Positions 25,841 to 36,243 of a stretch of DNA of 64,000 nt are shown here, piece by piece. Position 1 is the first letter of the stretch. Each line of letters starts with the position of its first letter. Both the position numbers and the translations under genes were made by a program. Source of the stretch: Gammaproteobacteria bacterium (GTDB lineage: Bacteria > Pseudomonadota > Gammaproteobacteria > UBA1113); assembly GCA_020051015.1 (NCBI GenBank), contig JAGVJQ010000091.1:1881-65880 (forward strand), written 5' to 3'. Below the pieces are notes generated by a model. It saw nothing but the letters and a program-made list of their open reading frames with translations, was not told the origin of the DNA and did not search any database.

Positions 25841-26542
25841 TTATACACCCTCAAAACACGCCATATAATTCACTTTTACATCGCTAGTTAATTCACATTG
25901 CCGGCTAAATGGTTGGTAACTAACACCACTGATGGCCACCATTTCTAAACCATTATCGCGTGCCCAGCCAGCCAACTCAGAAGGCTTGATAAATTTTTGA
26001 TAATCATGCGTGCCGCGTGGTAATAAATTTAATATATATTCGGCGCCGACCACCGCCATAGCATAGGCTTTGGGGTGACGATTAAGGGTCGATACAAATA
26101 ATTTCCCCTCTGGTTTCAATAAATTAGCGCAAGCTGTAATAATGGCTGCTGGATCGGGAACATGCTCGAGCATTTCCATGCACGTGATGACATCAAAACT
26201 ATGAGCATGGCTGTCCGCAAGGCTTTCAACTGTTTGGTGACGGTAATCAATATTTAATTGACTGGTTTTGGCATGGGCCTTGGCTGTTTCAAGCGCTGCT
26301 GCATCCATATCAATGGCTGTAACCTGGGAGCCCGCTTTGGCTAATGATTCTGATAAGATACCACCACCACAGCCGACATCTAATACTGTTTGATTAGCAA
26401 GCATGGCGTGATTGGTAATAAATTGCAGACGGATAGGGTTAAGGTCATGTAATGTCTTTAACGGACCTTCGGTATCCCACCAGGTTGATGAAAGTTGGGT
26501 GAATTTGGCAATTTCTTCCGGATCGATGTTTGATGTTGTCAT
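25841..26542 (-). CDS. ubiG: ubiquinone biosynthesis O-methyltransferase
   Basis: SAM motif VLDVGCGGGILSE. N-terminal EIAKFTQLSSTWWD typical of UbiG. Confidence 0.9.
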   Translation of the reverse strand: MTTSNIDPEEIAKFTQLSSTWWDTEGPLKTLHDLNPIRLQFITNHAMLANQTVLDVGCGGGILSESLAKAGSQVTAIDMDAAALETAKAHAKTSQLNIDYRHQTVESLADSHAHSFDVITCMEMLEHVPDPAAIITACANLLKPEGKLFVSTLNRHPKAYAMAVVGAEYILNLLPRGTHDYQKFIKPSELAGWARDNGLEMVAISGVSYQPFSRQCELTSDVKVNYMACFEGV

Positions 26543-26591
26543 ATTGGATTACCTAAATTAACAATATGGTGATTATACCTCATAATCAAAT

Positions 26592-26627
26592 CGTAGGGGC
26601 GTATTGCATACACCCTTACGATAGATT
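26592..26627. repeat. REP family copy
   Basis: CGTAGGGGCGTAT-TGC-ATACACCCTTACGATAGATT. Loop inverted relative to copies 7743 and 56953. Confidence 0.8.
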
Positions 26628-26714
26628 GTCATATATACCCAAAACAAATCCCCCTTTTTCTTCAATAATATGATATCATTTACCTTTATTTCTTACTCTA
26701 AAGAGACGACTAGG

Positions 26715-29276
26715 ATGAGTGAACTGGCTAAAGAAATTACCCCAATTAGTATTGAAGATGAATTAAAGCAGTCATACCTTGCTTATTCGATGAGTGTGAT
26801 TGTCGGACGCGCATTACCAGATGTACGTGATGGGTTAAAACCGGTACATCGACGTGTGTTATATGCAATGAGTGAGTTAGGCAATGATTGGAATAAAGCC
26901 TATAAAAAATCAGCTCGGGTAGTGGGTGATGTAATTGGTAAATACCATCCCCATGGCGATACAGCTGTTTACGATACGATTGTGCGTATGGCGCAACCCT
27001 TTTCATTACGATATATGTTAGTTGATGGACAAGGTAACTTTGGTTCAGTTGATGGTGATGCACCAGCTGCGATGCGTTATACCGAAGTAAGAATGTCAAA
27101 ACTCGCCCATTCATTACTAGCTGACCTAGAAAAAGAAACCGTTGATTTCCAGCCAAACTATGATGGCACCGAAATGGCGCCAGTAGTATTACCAACTCGT
27201 GTGCCTAATTTATTAATTAATGGGTCATCCGGTATTGCGGTTGGTATGGCAACGAATATCCCGCCACATAATTTAGGCGAAGTCATTGATGCTTGTTTGG
27301 TATTATTAAATGAACCAGAAACCGGTGTTGATGTATTAATGCAATACGTACAAGGACCCGATTTTCCAACGGCCGCCATTATTAATGGCCGCATGGGTAT
27401 TCAAGAAGCGTACTTAACTGGTCGCGGCAAAATTTATATTCGTGGTCGTACAGAAATTGAAACGGATGAGAAAAATGGTCGTGAAACCATTGTTATCACG
27501 GAATTACCTTATCAAGTAAACAAAGCGCGATTAATTGAAAAGATCGCTGAATTAGTCAAAGAAAAACGTATTGAAGGTATTACTGCACTACGTGATGAAT
27601 CAGATAAAGATGGTATGCGTGTAGTGATTGAGTTACGTCGCGGTGAAAATAGCGAAGTCATGCTCAATAATCTTTATACGCAAACACAATTACAAACCGT
27701 GTTTGGTATTAATATGGTCGCGTTGATGGATGGTCAACCGCGCGTATTAAATCTCAAACAAATGTTAGAAGCATTTCTAAAGCATCGACGTGAAGTAGTT
27801 ACTCGTCGTACCTTATTTGAATTACGTAAAGCAAAAGAACGTGCTCATATTTTAGAAGGTTTAGGAATTGCATTAGTAAATATCGAGCCAATTATTGCTT
27901 TAATTAAAGCAGCACCGAATCCTGGTGTGGCGAAAGAACAGTTACTCGCACAAGTGTGGGAAGCCGGTCTTGTTGCTGGTATGTTGGAACGTGCTGATGC
28001 GAGTATGACTCGTCCGGATACCTTAGCTGATGATCTTGGGTTAACACCACAAGGTTATCGTTTATCGACAGAGCAAGCGCAAGCAATTCTTGATTTACGT
28101 TTACATCGGTTAACTGGCTTAGAACAAGAAAAGATTTATCAAGAATATAAAGAGTTAATTGAAGCGATTAAAGCCTATATTGAAATCTTAATAAATCCAG
28201 AACGGTTACGACAAGTGATTGAACAAGAATTGCGTGAAGTGAGAGCTGAATTTGCTGATCCACGTCGTACTGAAATTATCGAAGACCAATCTGATTTGTG
28301 CATCGAAGATTTAATTCCACGACAAGATATGGTGGTTACCTTATCTAATCAAGGTTATGTTAAAACACAAACTCTTGATACTTATCAAGCACAACGTCGT
28401 GGTGGTCGTGGTAAGTCGGCAACGCAAGTTAAAGACGAAGATATTATTACTAAATTATTAGTCGCCAATAGTCACGATACATTATTGTGTTTCTCTGATT
28501 TTGGTAAAGTGTATTGGTTAAAAGTATATAAATTACCACAAGCAAGTCGCGAATCACGCGGCAAACCCATTGTGAATTTATTACCGTTAGTTGAAAACGA
28601 ACGCATTAGTGCTATTTTGCCAGTAAATGATTTTACTGCAGAGCAATTTGTCTTTATGGCAACCGCAAGAGGTACGGTTAAGAAGAGCAGTTTAGCTGAT
28701 TTTTCACGTCCACGTGCAAACGGTATTATTGCTGTCGATTTAGATGAAGGTGATAAGTTAGTTGGCGTGGCATTAACTGATGGCAAGCAGCATATTATGT
28801 TGTTCTCTGATGCCGGTAAAGTCATTCGATTTGAAGAAGATGATGTTCGTGCAATGGGTCGTCAAGCGCGCGGGGTACGTGGTATTCGCTTACAAGATGA
28901 TCAACGCGTCATTGCTTTGATTGTTGCAGGCGCTGATACCAGTGCTATTTTAACTGCAACGGCTAATGGGTATGGTAAACGTACTGCCCTTGATGAATAT
29001 CGCCTCACCGGTCGCGGCGGTCAAGGTGTAATATCAATCCAAGTTACTGAACGTAATGGCGCCGTGGTTGGTGCATGCCAAGTTGATGAAAATCATGAAG
29101 TCATGTTGATCACTGATGGTGGAACCTTAGTCCGTATTCGTGCAGCTGAAATTTCACTGGTTGGTCGTAATACACAAGGTGTGCGATTAATTCGTTTATC
29201 CGAAGGTGAGCATTTGGTTGGCTTGCAACCTATCGCTGAATTAGAGGTTGCAGAAGAGGATGTAATACCAGAATAA
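26715..29276 (+). CDS. gyrA: DNA gyrase subunit A
   Basis: Active-site AAMRYTE. QRDR reads [11 protein letters not shown] (Thr at the E. coli Ser83 position). ATG at 26715 ([17 protein letters not shown]). Confidence 0.95.
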   Translation: MSELAKEITPISIEDELKQSYLAYSMSVIVGRALPDVRDGLKPVHRRVLYAMSELGNDWNKAYKKSARVVGDVIGKYHPHGDTAVYDTIVRMAQPFSLRYMLVDGQGNFGSVDGDAPAAMRYTEVRMSKLAHSLLADLEKETVDFQPNYDGTEMAPVVLPTRVPNLLINGSSGIAVGMATNIPPHNLGEVIDACLVLLNEPETGVDVLMQYVQGPDFPTAAIINGRMGIQEAYLTGRGKIYIRGRTEIETDEKNGRETIVITELPYQVNKARLIEKIAELVKEKRIEGITALRDESDKDGMRVVIELRRGENSEVMLNNLYTQTQLQTVFGINMVALMDGQPRVLNLKQMLEAFLKHRREVVTRRTLFELRKAKERAHILEGLGIALVNIEPIIALIKAAPNPGVAKEQLLAQVWEAGLVAGMLERADASMTRPDTLADDLGLTPQGYRLSTEQAQAILDLRLHRLTGLEQEKIYQEYKELIEAIKAYIEILINPERLRQVIEQELREVRAEFADPRRTEIIEDQSDLCIEDLIPRQDMVVTLSNQGYVKTQTLDTYQAQRRGGRGKSATQVKDEDIITKLLVANSHDTLLCFSDFGKVYWLKVYKLPQASRESRGKPIVNLLPLVENERISAILPVNDFTAEQFVFMATARGTVKKSSLADFSRPRANGIIAVDLDEGDKLVGVALTDGKQHIMLFSDAGKVIRFEEDDVRAMGRQARGVRGIRLQDDQRVIALIVAGADTSAILTATANGYGKRTALDEYRLTGRGGQGVISIQVTERNGAVVGACQVDENHEVMLITDGGTLVRIRAAEISLVGRNTQGVRLIRLSEGEHLVGLQPIAELEVAEEDVIPE

Positions 29277-29288
29277 GGAAGGGTATCT

Positions 29289-30368
29289 ATGCGTAAGTGG
29301 AATTTTAACGCAGGCCCAGCAGCACTTCCATTCGAAGTGCTGGAACAAATTCGCGATGAATTGTTTGATTGGCAGGGGCAGGGAGCCTCAGTGATGGAAA
29401 TTAGTCATCGCAGTGAAGCATTTTTAACATTATTGCGCACAGCAGAACAAGATGTGCGCGATTTATTAAAGGTGCCAGATAACTACGCCGTATTATTTAT
29501 GAGTGGCGGTGGTAATGCACAATTTGCCGCTATTCCTATGAATCTAGCGGGTCCCGATGATGTCGTTGATTATATTGATACAGGCATCTGGTCGCGGCGA
29601 GCTATGAGTGAAGCCAAACGCTATACCAATGTCAATCTAGTTGCATCAGGTGCTGAATCAGGTTATACCGATGTGCCATCACAATCGCAGTGGAAGTTAA
29701 GTCCTAATGCGGTTTATTTTCACTATACCCCGAATGAAACGATTGATGGTGTTGCATTTAATTGGGTACCTTATGTAAAAGCACCTTTAGTGGCGGATAT
29801 GACTTCTTGCTTGTTTTCACAACCGATTGATGTAAGTCAATTTGGCATTATTTATGCCGGTGCACAAAAGAATTTTGGCATTGCTGGATTGTGTTTAGTG
29901 ATCATTCGTCGAGATTTAATTAAAGCAGCACCTGATTATGTTCCATCTGTGCTGCAATATCAAATACAAGAAGCTAATGCTTCGGTCTATAGTACACCAC
30001 CTGTTTTCTCTTGGTATGTTGCCAGCTTAATGTTTAAGTGGATGAAACAACAAGGTGGCGTAGAAAAATTCGCCTTACAAAATCAATGTAAAGCAAATGA
30101 TTTATATCAAGCAATTGATGAAAGTAACGGTTTTTATCGTAATAGTATTGCCGATTCGGCACGTTCAATATTGAATGTACCATTTCGATTAGCGACTCCC
30201 GAATTAGAATATCAATTTATTACCGAAGCAACAGCCGCGGGATTTATTGGATTAAAAGGGCATCGTTTGCAAGGCGGCATTCGGGTCAGTATCTATAATG
30301 CAGTGCCACAGCAAGCGGTGACGGAATTGATTCAATTTATGCGAGCTTTTCAGCAGCGTCAACATTAA
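29289..30368 (+). CDS. serC: phosphoserine aminotransferase
   Basis: 359 aa, starts NFNAGPAALP, with a class-V aminotransferase pattern. Confidence 0.9.
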   Translation: MRKWNFNAGPAALPFEVLEQIRDELFDWQGQGASVMEISHRSEAFLTLLRTAEQDVRDLLKVPDNYAVLFMSGGGNAQFAAIPMNLAGPDDVVDYIDTGIWSRRAMSEAKRYTNVNLVASGAESGYTDVPSQSQWKLSPNAVYFHYTPNETIDGVAFNWVPYVKAPLVADMTSCLFSQPIDVSQFGIIYAGAQKNFGIAGLCLVIIRRDLIKAAPDYVPSVLQYQIQEANASVYSTPPVFSWYVASLMFKWMKQQGGVEKFALQNQCKANDLYQAIDESNGFYRNSIADSARSILNVPFRLATPELEYQFITEATAAGFIGLKGHRLQGGIRVSIYNAVPQQAVTELIQFMRAFQQRQH

Positions 30369-30386
30369 AGTAACGAGAATTCAAGA

Positions 30387-31694
30387 ATGCAAATATTTAA
30401 AGTAAAACGATCAGAGCCAATGCAAGTAGAAATTACCGTGCCTGGTGATAAGTCAGTGTCTCATCGTGCCGTGATGTTAGCATCCATTGCCGATGGCGAT
30501 ACCGTGATTCAAAATTTTCTGCCAGGTGAAGATTGTATTTCTACTATTAATGCAATGCGTGATATGGGTGTAAGTATTGAAGGACCTTTTGAAAATAATG
30601 ACGTAATCGTTCATGGTGCAGGCAAATATGGCTTAAAAGATCCGCAATCGGTACTTAATTTAGGTAATTCAGGCACATCAATGCGATTATTGGCTGGCTT
30701 ATTGGCGGGTCATGGCGTGAATGTAATTCTGGAAGGAGATGCGTCATTAATGTCGCGTCCAATGCGCCGTGTTGTCGAGCCATTAACGCACATGGGAGCA
30801 CAAATTGCTTGTGCAGAAACCGGGTGTGCGCCGATCATTATTCAACGAACGAAACAACAACTAACGGGCATGCACTTTAATTCTTCTGTTGCAAGCGCGC
30901 AAGTAAAATCAGCTATTTTATTAGCTGGATTGTATGCGGAAGGTGATACGAGTGTCACCGAACCGGTATTAACTCGCGATCATACTGAGCGAATGTTAGA
31001 AGCATTTGGTTATCCCATTATACGTGATGGAAAATGTGTGACATTAACAGGCGGCGGTCGTTTAACAGGTACTACCATTCAAGTGCCTGCGGATATTTCT
31101 TCTGCAGCATTTTTTCTGGTAGCGGCTGCCATGACGCCAGATGCAGAAATGATCATAAAAGACGTTGGGATTAATCCCGCACGGATTGGTGTGATTAATA
31201 TTTTGTGGGAAATGGGCGCGCAAATTACTATTGAAAATACCCGAGACGTTGGTAATGAACCTGTTGCTGATTTACATGTTATTGGTAGGAATTTACGCGG
31301 CATTCAAATTCCATTACAACATATTCCTTTAGCAATCGATGAGTTTCCTGCTATTTTTATTGCGGCTGCTTGTGCTACTGGAACCACCGTATTACGTGGT
31401 GCGCATGAATTACGTTTGAAAGAAAGTGATCGTATTCAAGCTATGGCTAAAGGATTAGCTGAATTAGGGGTAGTGGTTGAGCCGCAAGATGATGGCATTA
31501 TTATTCACGGCGGCGATTTACATGGAGGTACGGTTGATAGTCACGGTGATCATCGAATTGCCATGGCGTTCGCTATTGCCGGTTGGGCTGCACGTGGGAC
31601 TATTACCATTTTAAATTGCGAAAATGTTGCAACCTCTTTTCCTAATTTCGTTGAGATTGCTAAGTTTTGTAAGTTGGATATTTCAGTTGAGTGA
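30387..31694 (+). CDS. aroA: 3-phosphoshikimate 1-carboxyvinyltransferase (EPSP synthase)
   Basis: VPGDKSVSHRAVMLA and LGNSGTSMRLL motifs. Confidence 0.9.
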   Translation: MQIFKVKRSEPMQVEITVPGDKSVSHRAVMLASIADGDTVIQNFLPGEDCISTINAMRDMGVSIEGPFENNDVIVHGAGKYGLKDPQSVLNLGNSGTSMRLLAGLLAGHGVNVILEGDASLMSRPMRRVVEPLTHMGAQIACAETGCAPIIIQRTKQQLTGMHFNSSVASAQVKSAILLAGLYAEGDTSVTEPVLTRDHTERMLEAFGYPIIRDGKCVTLTGGGRLTGTTIQVPADISSAAFFLVAAAMTPDAEMIIKDVGINPARIGVINILWEMGAQITIENTRDVGNEPVADLHVIGRNLRGIQIPLQHIPLAIDEFPAIFIAAACATGTTVLRGAHELRLKESDRIQAMAKGLAELGVVVEPQDDGIIIHGGDLHGGTVDSHGDHRIAMAFAIAGWAARGTITILNCENVATSFPNFVEIAKFCKLDISVE

Positions 31695-31700
31695 GGATTA

Positions 31701-31748
31701 TTTACAATTTTACTCTGCTGGGCACAAAGCCTAGCGAATTGTAAACAG
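31701..31748. repeat. short hairpin repeat (TTTACAATT...AATTGTAAA), uninterrupted copy
   Basis: 9-bp stem with loop TTACTCTGCTGGGCACAAAGCCTAGCG. The same element, carrying two nested inserts, occurs at 52529-52730. Confidence 0.75.
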
Positions 31749-31771
31749 CCTCTTGCTAAATTAAGGAAAAA

Positions 31772-32380
31772 ATGATGAAACTATATTACACGCCTGGTGC
31801 TTGTTCATTAGCAGTACGTATTGTGATTAATGAATTAGGGTTACCATGCACCTATGAAAAAGTTAATTTAAGTACCAAAAAATTAAGTAATGGTGATGAT
31901 TTTTATAAAGTCAATCCAAAAGGTTCTGTGCCGGCATTGGAAATTAAACGCAATGAAATTTTAACTGAAAATGCGGCTATTCAACAGTACTTAGCTGATA
32001 CGCATCATAATACCAACTTGTTACCAGCGGTGGGTGATGACCGTCGTTATCGTGTCTTGGAATTATTAAATTTTATTAGTACAGAGTTACATAAAGGCTG
32101 TGCACCGTTGTTTAATCCTGCGCTACCTGCTGAGGCAAAAACTAATATATTTAAACCCACATTGCAAAATAAATTAACGTATACTAATCGATTATTAGAA
32201 AACAAGCCTTACTTATATGGTGATACTTTTACATTAGCTGATGCTTACTTATTTGTGGTTTTAAGTTGGATGCCGCATTTACAAATCGATATGAGTAAAT
32301 ACCCCAATTTAACTCGTTATTTTGAAGCGTTGAAAAAACGGCCAGCGATTACCAAATCGTTGGTGGAAGAACAGCAATAA
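31772..32380 (+). CDS. gstA: glutathione S-transferase (GstA-like)
   Basis: MKLYYTPGACSLAVRI..., VNPKGSVPAL, FTLADAYLFVVLSW are collinear with E. coli GstA. Confidence 0.85.
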   Translation: MMKLYYTPGACSLAVRIVINELGLPCTYEKVNLSTKKLSNGDDFYKVNPKGSVPALEIKRNEILTENAAIQQYLADTHHNTNLLPAVGDDRRYRVLELLNFISTELHKGCAPLFNPALPAEAKTNIFKPTLQNKLTYTNRLLENKPYLYGDTFTLADAYLFVVLSWMPHLQIDMSKYPNLTRYFEALKKRPAITKSLVEEQQ

Positions 32381-32383
32381 TTT

Positions 32384-32417
32384 GTTGGGGCGTATTGTAT
32401 ACGCCCTTACGATGGAT
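32384..32417. repeat. REP family copy (degenerate)
   Basis: GTTGGGGCGTAT-TGT-ATACGCCCTTACGATGGAT, 3 nt after the gstA stop. Confidence 0.7.
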
Positions 32418-32427
32418 CCATCATAAT

Positions 32428-32964
32428 TTAACGACCAAGACGGCCTGGAGTTGGTGCTGTTCGAGTTTCTGCTATTGCAGTATGCGAAGCTACCGTTACA
32501 ACAACAGGGTATTTATCATCACGTTGAGATAACCCCATTTCTTTTAAACGAGTAATTAACTGTTTAGTGAATGCTTGCTCAAGTTTAATAGTTATATGAT
32601 TACCGGGAGTGGCATCACATCGCAAAACAAATGAATTTTTTTCATTTTGAATAACAGGATGCGTAGCACTATAGCCGAATATAACATAATTACTTTTAGC
32701 AGGAATGAGTTTCAATTGCTCTAATATCATTTTAATTGGTGATAATGCTTTTTCATAAGCAGGTAATTCGCCACCCAAATTATCAACAGTAGAAAAAGAC
32801 TTTCTTAAACCAAGTTGAAGAATATATTGACCATCATGTTCAACTAAATAGAAATCAGAAAAAACGGATGATGTGTTTGCGTTAAGTGTTTGTTTAGAAT
32901 TAAATGATGAAAACAATGCAGAATTGTTCTTTTTAGGGGGCGAGAATTTATCTTTACCGGGCAT
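32428..32964 (-). CDS. ORFan, candidate PmrA-regulated Dot/Icm substrate
   Basis: 178 aa from the ATG at 32964 (AGGTGA SD). No recognisable domain. Preceded by a near-consensus PmrA box (see 32989-33021). Confidence 0.5.
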   Translation of the reverse strand: MPGKDKFSPPKKNNSALFSSFNSKQTLNANTSSVFSDFYLVEHDGQYILQLGLRKSFSTVDNLGGELPAYEKALSPIKMILEQLKLIPAKSNYVIFGYSATHPVIQNEKNSFVLRCDATPGNHITIKLEQAFTKQLITRLKEMGLSQRDDKYPVVVTVASHTAIAETRTAPTPGRLGR

Positions 32965-32988
32965 AACTTTCACCTTTGTTTTTTTATT

Positions 32989-33021
32989 ATTCTAATGGAT
33001 TTAGATTAAGCAAAAATTAAG
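32989..33021 (-). promoter_or_regulatory. candidate PmrA-dependent promoter
   Basis: The coding strand reads CTTAATTTT-TG-CTTAATCTA (33021-33002), then 7 nt, then TAGAAT (32994-32989). Legionella PmrA consensus is cTTAATatT-N2-cTTAATatT; matches are 8/9 and 7/9 with correct 11-nt phasing. Confidence 0.55.
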
Positions 33022-33072
33022 CACGGGTTATTATTATTTGCGGCAATGCAATATATAAAATTTCAATATCTC

Positions 33073-33286
33073 ATGTAGTCCAGGTAAGCACGTTTTGAAG
33101 TAGAACAATGGAATGATATTAACTTAACATGGATGCTTAATAATAATGAACGTGCGCAACTCGGGATCGAGAGTGGTATATACCTCGTTCCCGGGTTTCA
33201 TGCATTAGACATGGACGTTTCAAGTATTACAAATAGTGAATAGTATTACATTTTTTAGGCTTGTAATGCATCCACCCTGGTTACAT
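33073..33286. repeat. candidate MITE or structured RNA in a 350-bp intergenic region
   Basis: Imperfect termini ATGTAGTCCAGGT / ACCCTGGTTACAT. Central 14-bp hairpin AACTCGGGATCGAG...CTCGTTCCCGGGTT (33158-33197) has the GGGATCG core shared with 18650 and 25008. Confidence 0.4.
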
Positions 33287-33320
33287 TACTAGGCACATAA
33301 CTTCATCCTGCAGATAAAAC

Positions 33321-34424
33321 CTAATCTTCAGGCGAAACCTTGATAGTTTGACGTTGATCAAATTTTTCCATCGCTAACTGGATCAAGCGATCAAGCAATT
33401 CAGTGTAACCAACACCACTCGCTTCCCACATTTTGGGATATTGACTAATGCGAGTAAAACCAGGGATGGTATTTATTTCGTTCAATAAAAGAGTGCCATC
33501 TTTTTTCAAGAAGAAATCGACTCTTGCCATACCATCACAGTCAAAAGTTTTAAAAGCTTTAATAGCTAACTCTTGAACTTTCTTCACAATATCAGCTGGT
33601 AAATCAGCTACTGCAATAACTTCAGCACCTTCTGGATCGAAGTATTTTGCTTCATAAGTATAAAATTCAGCTTTCGGAATAATTTCACCAGGAACTGATG
33701 CAATAGGATCATCATTACCTAATACGCCGCACTCAATTTCGCGACCTTCAATGCCTTCTTCAACTAAAATTTTATTGTCAAATAACATAGCTTTTTCAAT
33801 GGCAGCACGTAATTCAGTTTTGGTTTTGACTTTGTTAATGCCAATGGAAGAACCAAGGTTTGCTGGTTTAACAAAACAAGGTAAACCCACTTCTTTGATA
33901 ATTTGCTCTTCTTTGATATTTGCTAAGTCGCGACGGTAAATAGTAACAAATTTTGGAATAGGAATGCCCGCATCACGCGCTAAACGTTTTGATATGTCTT
34001 TATCCATGCATACGGCAGAGCTTAATACATCAGAGCCGACAAAGGGCACGTTGGCCAATTTCATCAAACCTTGAATTGTGCCATCTTCGCCATAAGGACC
34101 ATGTACAACAGGGAAAATAACATCTAATGTTGTAATTTGTTCTTTCGACATTAAGCCGGTTAACAGGGTATGGCTTTGTCCTGGTACGATGGTTACCCAA
34201 TCGTTTAAATGAGTAGTGACGGTTAATTGACCGGGTTGCTGATGGGGTATATTAGCTATTGCTTCTTGAATATACCATTGCCCACGTTTATCAATGCCAA
34301 TTAAAATTACTTCATATTTCTTTTTATCGAGTGCATTAATAACATTACGTGCCGATTGCAGTGAAACATCATGTTCTGCTGATTTACCGCCAAATAATAC
34401 CCCGATTCTAATTTTTGCTGTCAT
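33321..34424 (-). CDS. ddl: D-alanine--D-alanine ligase (DdlA-type, 367 aa)
   Basis: N-terminal IRIGVLFGGKSAEHDVSLQSA. ATP-grasp motifs (FVKPANLGSSIGI, EINTIPGFT). Confidence 0.9.
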   Translation of the reverse strand: MTAKIRIGVLFGGKSAEHDVSLQSARNVINALDKKKYEVILIGIDKRGQWYIQEAIANIPHQQPGQLTVTTHLNDWVTIVPGQSHTLLTGLMSKEQITTLDVIFPVVHGPYGEDGTIQGLMKLANVPFVGSDVLSSAVCMDKDISKRLARDAGIPIPKFVTIYRRDLANIKEEQIIKEVGLPCFVKPANLGSSIGINKVKTKTELRAAIEKAMLFDNKILVEEGIEGREIECGVLGNDDPIASVPGEIIPKAEFYTYEAKYFDPEGAEVIAVADLPADIVKKVQELAIKAFKTFDCDGMARVDFFLKKDGTLLLNEINTIPGFTRISQYPKMWEASGVGYTELLDRLIQLAMEKFDQRQTIKVSPED

Positions 34425-34445
34425 TTACGCTGTCCTGCTATTGCT

Positions 34446-35348
34446 TTATTTACTGGTTTCTAATGCTTTAATACGATCGTCTAAAGGCGGATGGCTAGCT
34501 AATAATGCCAAAAATCCCTTTGGATGACCGTTAATTTTCATTGCTTCAAAACTAGGTGCTCGATTGTCTTGTGGACCGTCTTGCATTTGTTTTAATTTTT
34601 GTAACGCTAAAATCATTTTCTGCTTGCCAAGTATTCGAGCTGAGCCGGCATCAGCACGATATTCACGATGGCGTGAAAACCACATGACAATAAATGATGC
34701 CAAAATACCAAATACGATTTGAAAGACGATTTCAACCAAGAAAAATACCATACTATTTAACGCACTTGGTTGTTCACTTTCGCCACGATTAATAAACTGC
34801 GTAACAAAGAATGCAGCAATTCGTGCAAAAAATAATACGAAAGTATTTAATACACCTTGTAATAAAGTTAAGGTAATCATATCGCCATTAGCAACGTGTG
34901 AAATCTCATGGCCTAAAACACCTTCAACCTCATCACGATTCATAACGCGTAATAAGCCAGTAGATACACAAACTAATGCATTATTTCGATTCCAGCCTGT
35001 GGCAAATGCATTGGGTTCAGGACTATCATAAATGCCTACTTCGGGCATGCCAATATTAACGTTGTTTGCTAATTTTTCAACGGTACTAATTAACCATGCT
35101 GTATCACCACTTGCTTGGCCGCGATCGATAATTTGCACGCCCATTGACATTTTGGCAATCGTTTTTGACATAAATAAAGAAACAAAGGAACCCAAGAAAC
35201 CAAAAATTGCCGAGTAAATTAACAAGTTAGTGTAATTTAGTCCATATTGACTGATCATGGGTCCAACATTAAAAATCCGCATAATGATGGAGAAAATCAC
35301 TAAGACTGCGATATTAGTCATTACGAATAATAAAATACGCTTACCCAT
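34446..35348 (-). CDS. htpX: membrane zinc protease HtpX
   Basis: HEISHV (HExxH). N-terminus MGKRILLFVMTNIAVLV aligns with E. coli HtpX MMRIALFLLTNLAVMV. The track start at 35363 is an alternative. Confidence 0.9.
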   Translation of the reverse strand: MGKRILLFVMTNIAVLVIFSIIMRIFNVGPMISQYGLNYTNLLIYSAIFGFLGSFVSLFMSKTIAKMSMGVQIIDRGQASGDTAWLISTVEKLANNVNIGMPEVGIYDSPEPNAFATGWNRNNALVCVSTGLLRVMNRDEVEGVLGHEISHVANGDMITLTLLQGVLNTFVLFFARIAAFFVTQFINRGESEQPSALNSMVFFLVEIVFQIVFGILASFIVMWFSRHREYRADAGSARILGKQKMILALQKLKQMQDGPQDNRAPSFEAMKINGHPKGFLALLASHPPLDDRIKALETSK

Positions 35349-35380
35349 AGTTGTTAACCTCATGTATTGTGAGTGATTGT

Positions 35381-36166
35381 TTAACCAGCTCTACTGGCAT
35401 GTAACCCTTGCAGTATACCTTTAAATACTTTGGGCGCACCAGCAACAATATTACCAGTTTCTAAATAAGATTCACCACCATGAACATCACTTACCATACC
35501 ACCAGCTTCTTTCACTAATAAAGCCCCAGCAGCGATATCCCATTCAGCTAATCCCATTTCCCAATGCGCATCGAGACGACCCGCTGCAACATAAGCTAGA
35601 TTTAAAGCGGCAGATCCGCAATGTCGTAAACCAGATGTATTGCCATAGATTTTAGCAAAACCAGACATATATTCACCAAAATATTCTTTTTCCGTAGTGG
35701 GAATGGCGGTGCCAAGTAACGCTCCTTGATAAGTTTGATTTTCGGCTACACGAATACGGTGATCGTTTAAACGAGCACCTGAACCACGAGTGGCGGTGAA
35801 TAACTCATCACGAACAGGATCATAGATTAAAGCGTGTTCCAATCGATCTTTTTGTTTAATCGCAATGGAAACACAAAAATGGGGAAAACCATGAACAAAG
35901 TTCTTGGTACCATCTAATGGATCGATTACCCACAAATATTCATCACCGGCGGTATAGCCAGTTTCTTCACCTAAAATGCCATGTGAAGGATATGCTTTGC
36001 GAATTGTCTCAGTGATGATATGTTCTGCTTTGTGATCGACTTCAGTGACGTAGTTATAAAGTCCTTTTTCACTAACTTTTAATGTTTTAACATCACGAAA
36101 CGCTGTCATCATGACAGTTGAAGCCTTGCGTACCGCAGGGAAAACGGTATTAAGGTATGGATGCAT
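35381..36166 (-). CDS. suhB: inositol monophosphatase family protein
   Basis: WVIDPLDGTKNF and GEE motifs. Divergent from iscS as in E. coli. Confidence 0.9.
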   Translation of the reverse strand: MHPYLNTVFPAVRKASTVMMTAFRDVKTLKVSEKGLYNYVTEVDHKAEHIITETIRKAYPSHGILGEETGYTAGDEYLWVIDPLDGTKNFVHGFPHFCVSIAIKQKDRLEHALIYDPVRDELFTATRGSGARLNDHRIRVAENQTYQGALLGTAIPTTEKEYFGEYMSGFAKIYGNTSGLRHCGSAALNLAYVAAGRLDAHWEMGLAEWDIAAGALLVKEAGGMVSDVHGGESYLETGNIVAGAPKVFKGILQGLHASRAG

Positions 36167-36243
36167 ATTTTGTTAACCTTTGATTTAATGTAAACTAGTA
36201 GCGAAATGCAAAATTGCATTAGAAAACGAAATTATATATTGAA

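Noticed and set aside
26746-27195. 149-aa antisense ORF inside gyrA, and similar antisense ORFs (41244..41642, 59825..60151, 28472..28825, and others)
   Set aside because: They are embedded in well-supported genes on the opposite strand. They have no SD, and their composition is typical of a shadow frame.
32974-33320. Known housekeeping ncRNA (tmRNA, 6S, RNase P, SRP) in the 350-bp gap upstream of ddl
   Set aside because: I could not find any of the conserved motifs of these RNAs. The structure seen is better explained by the PmrA promoter plus a MITE-like element.
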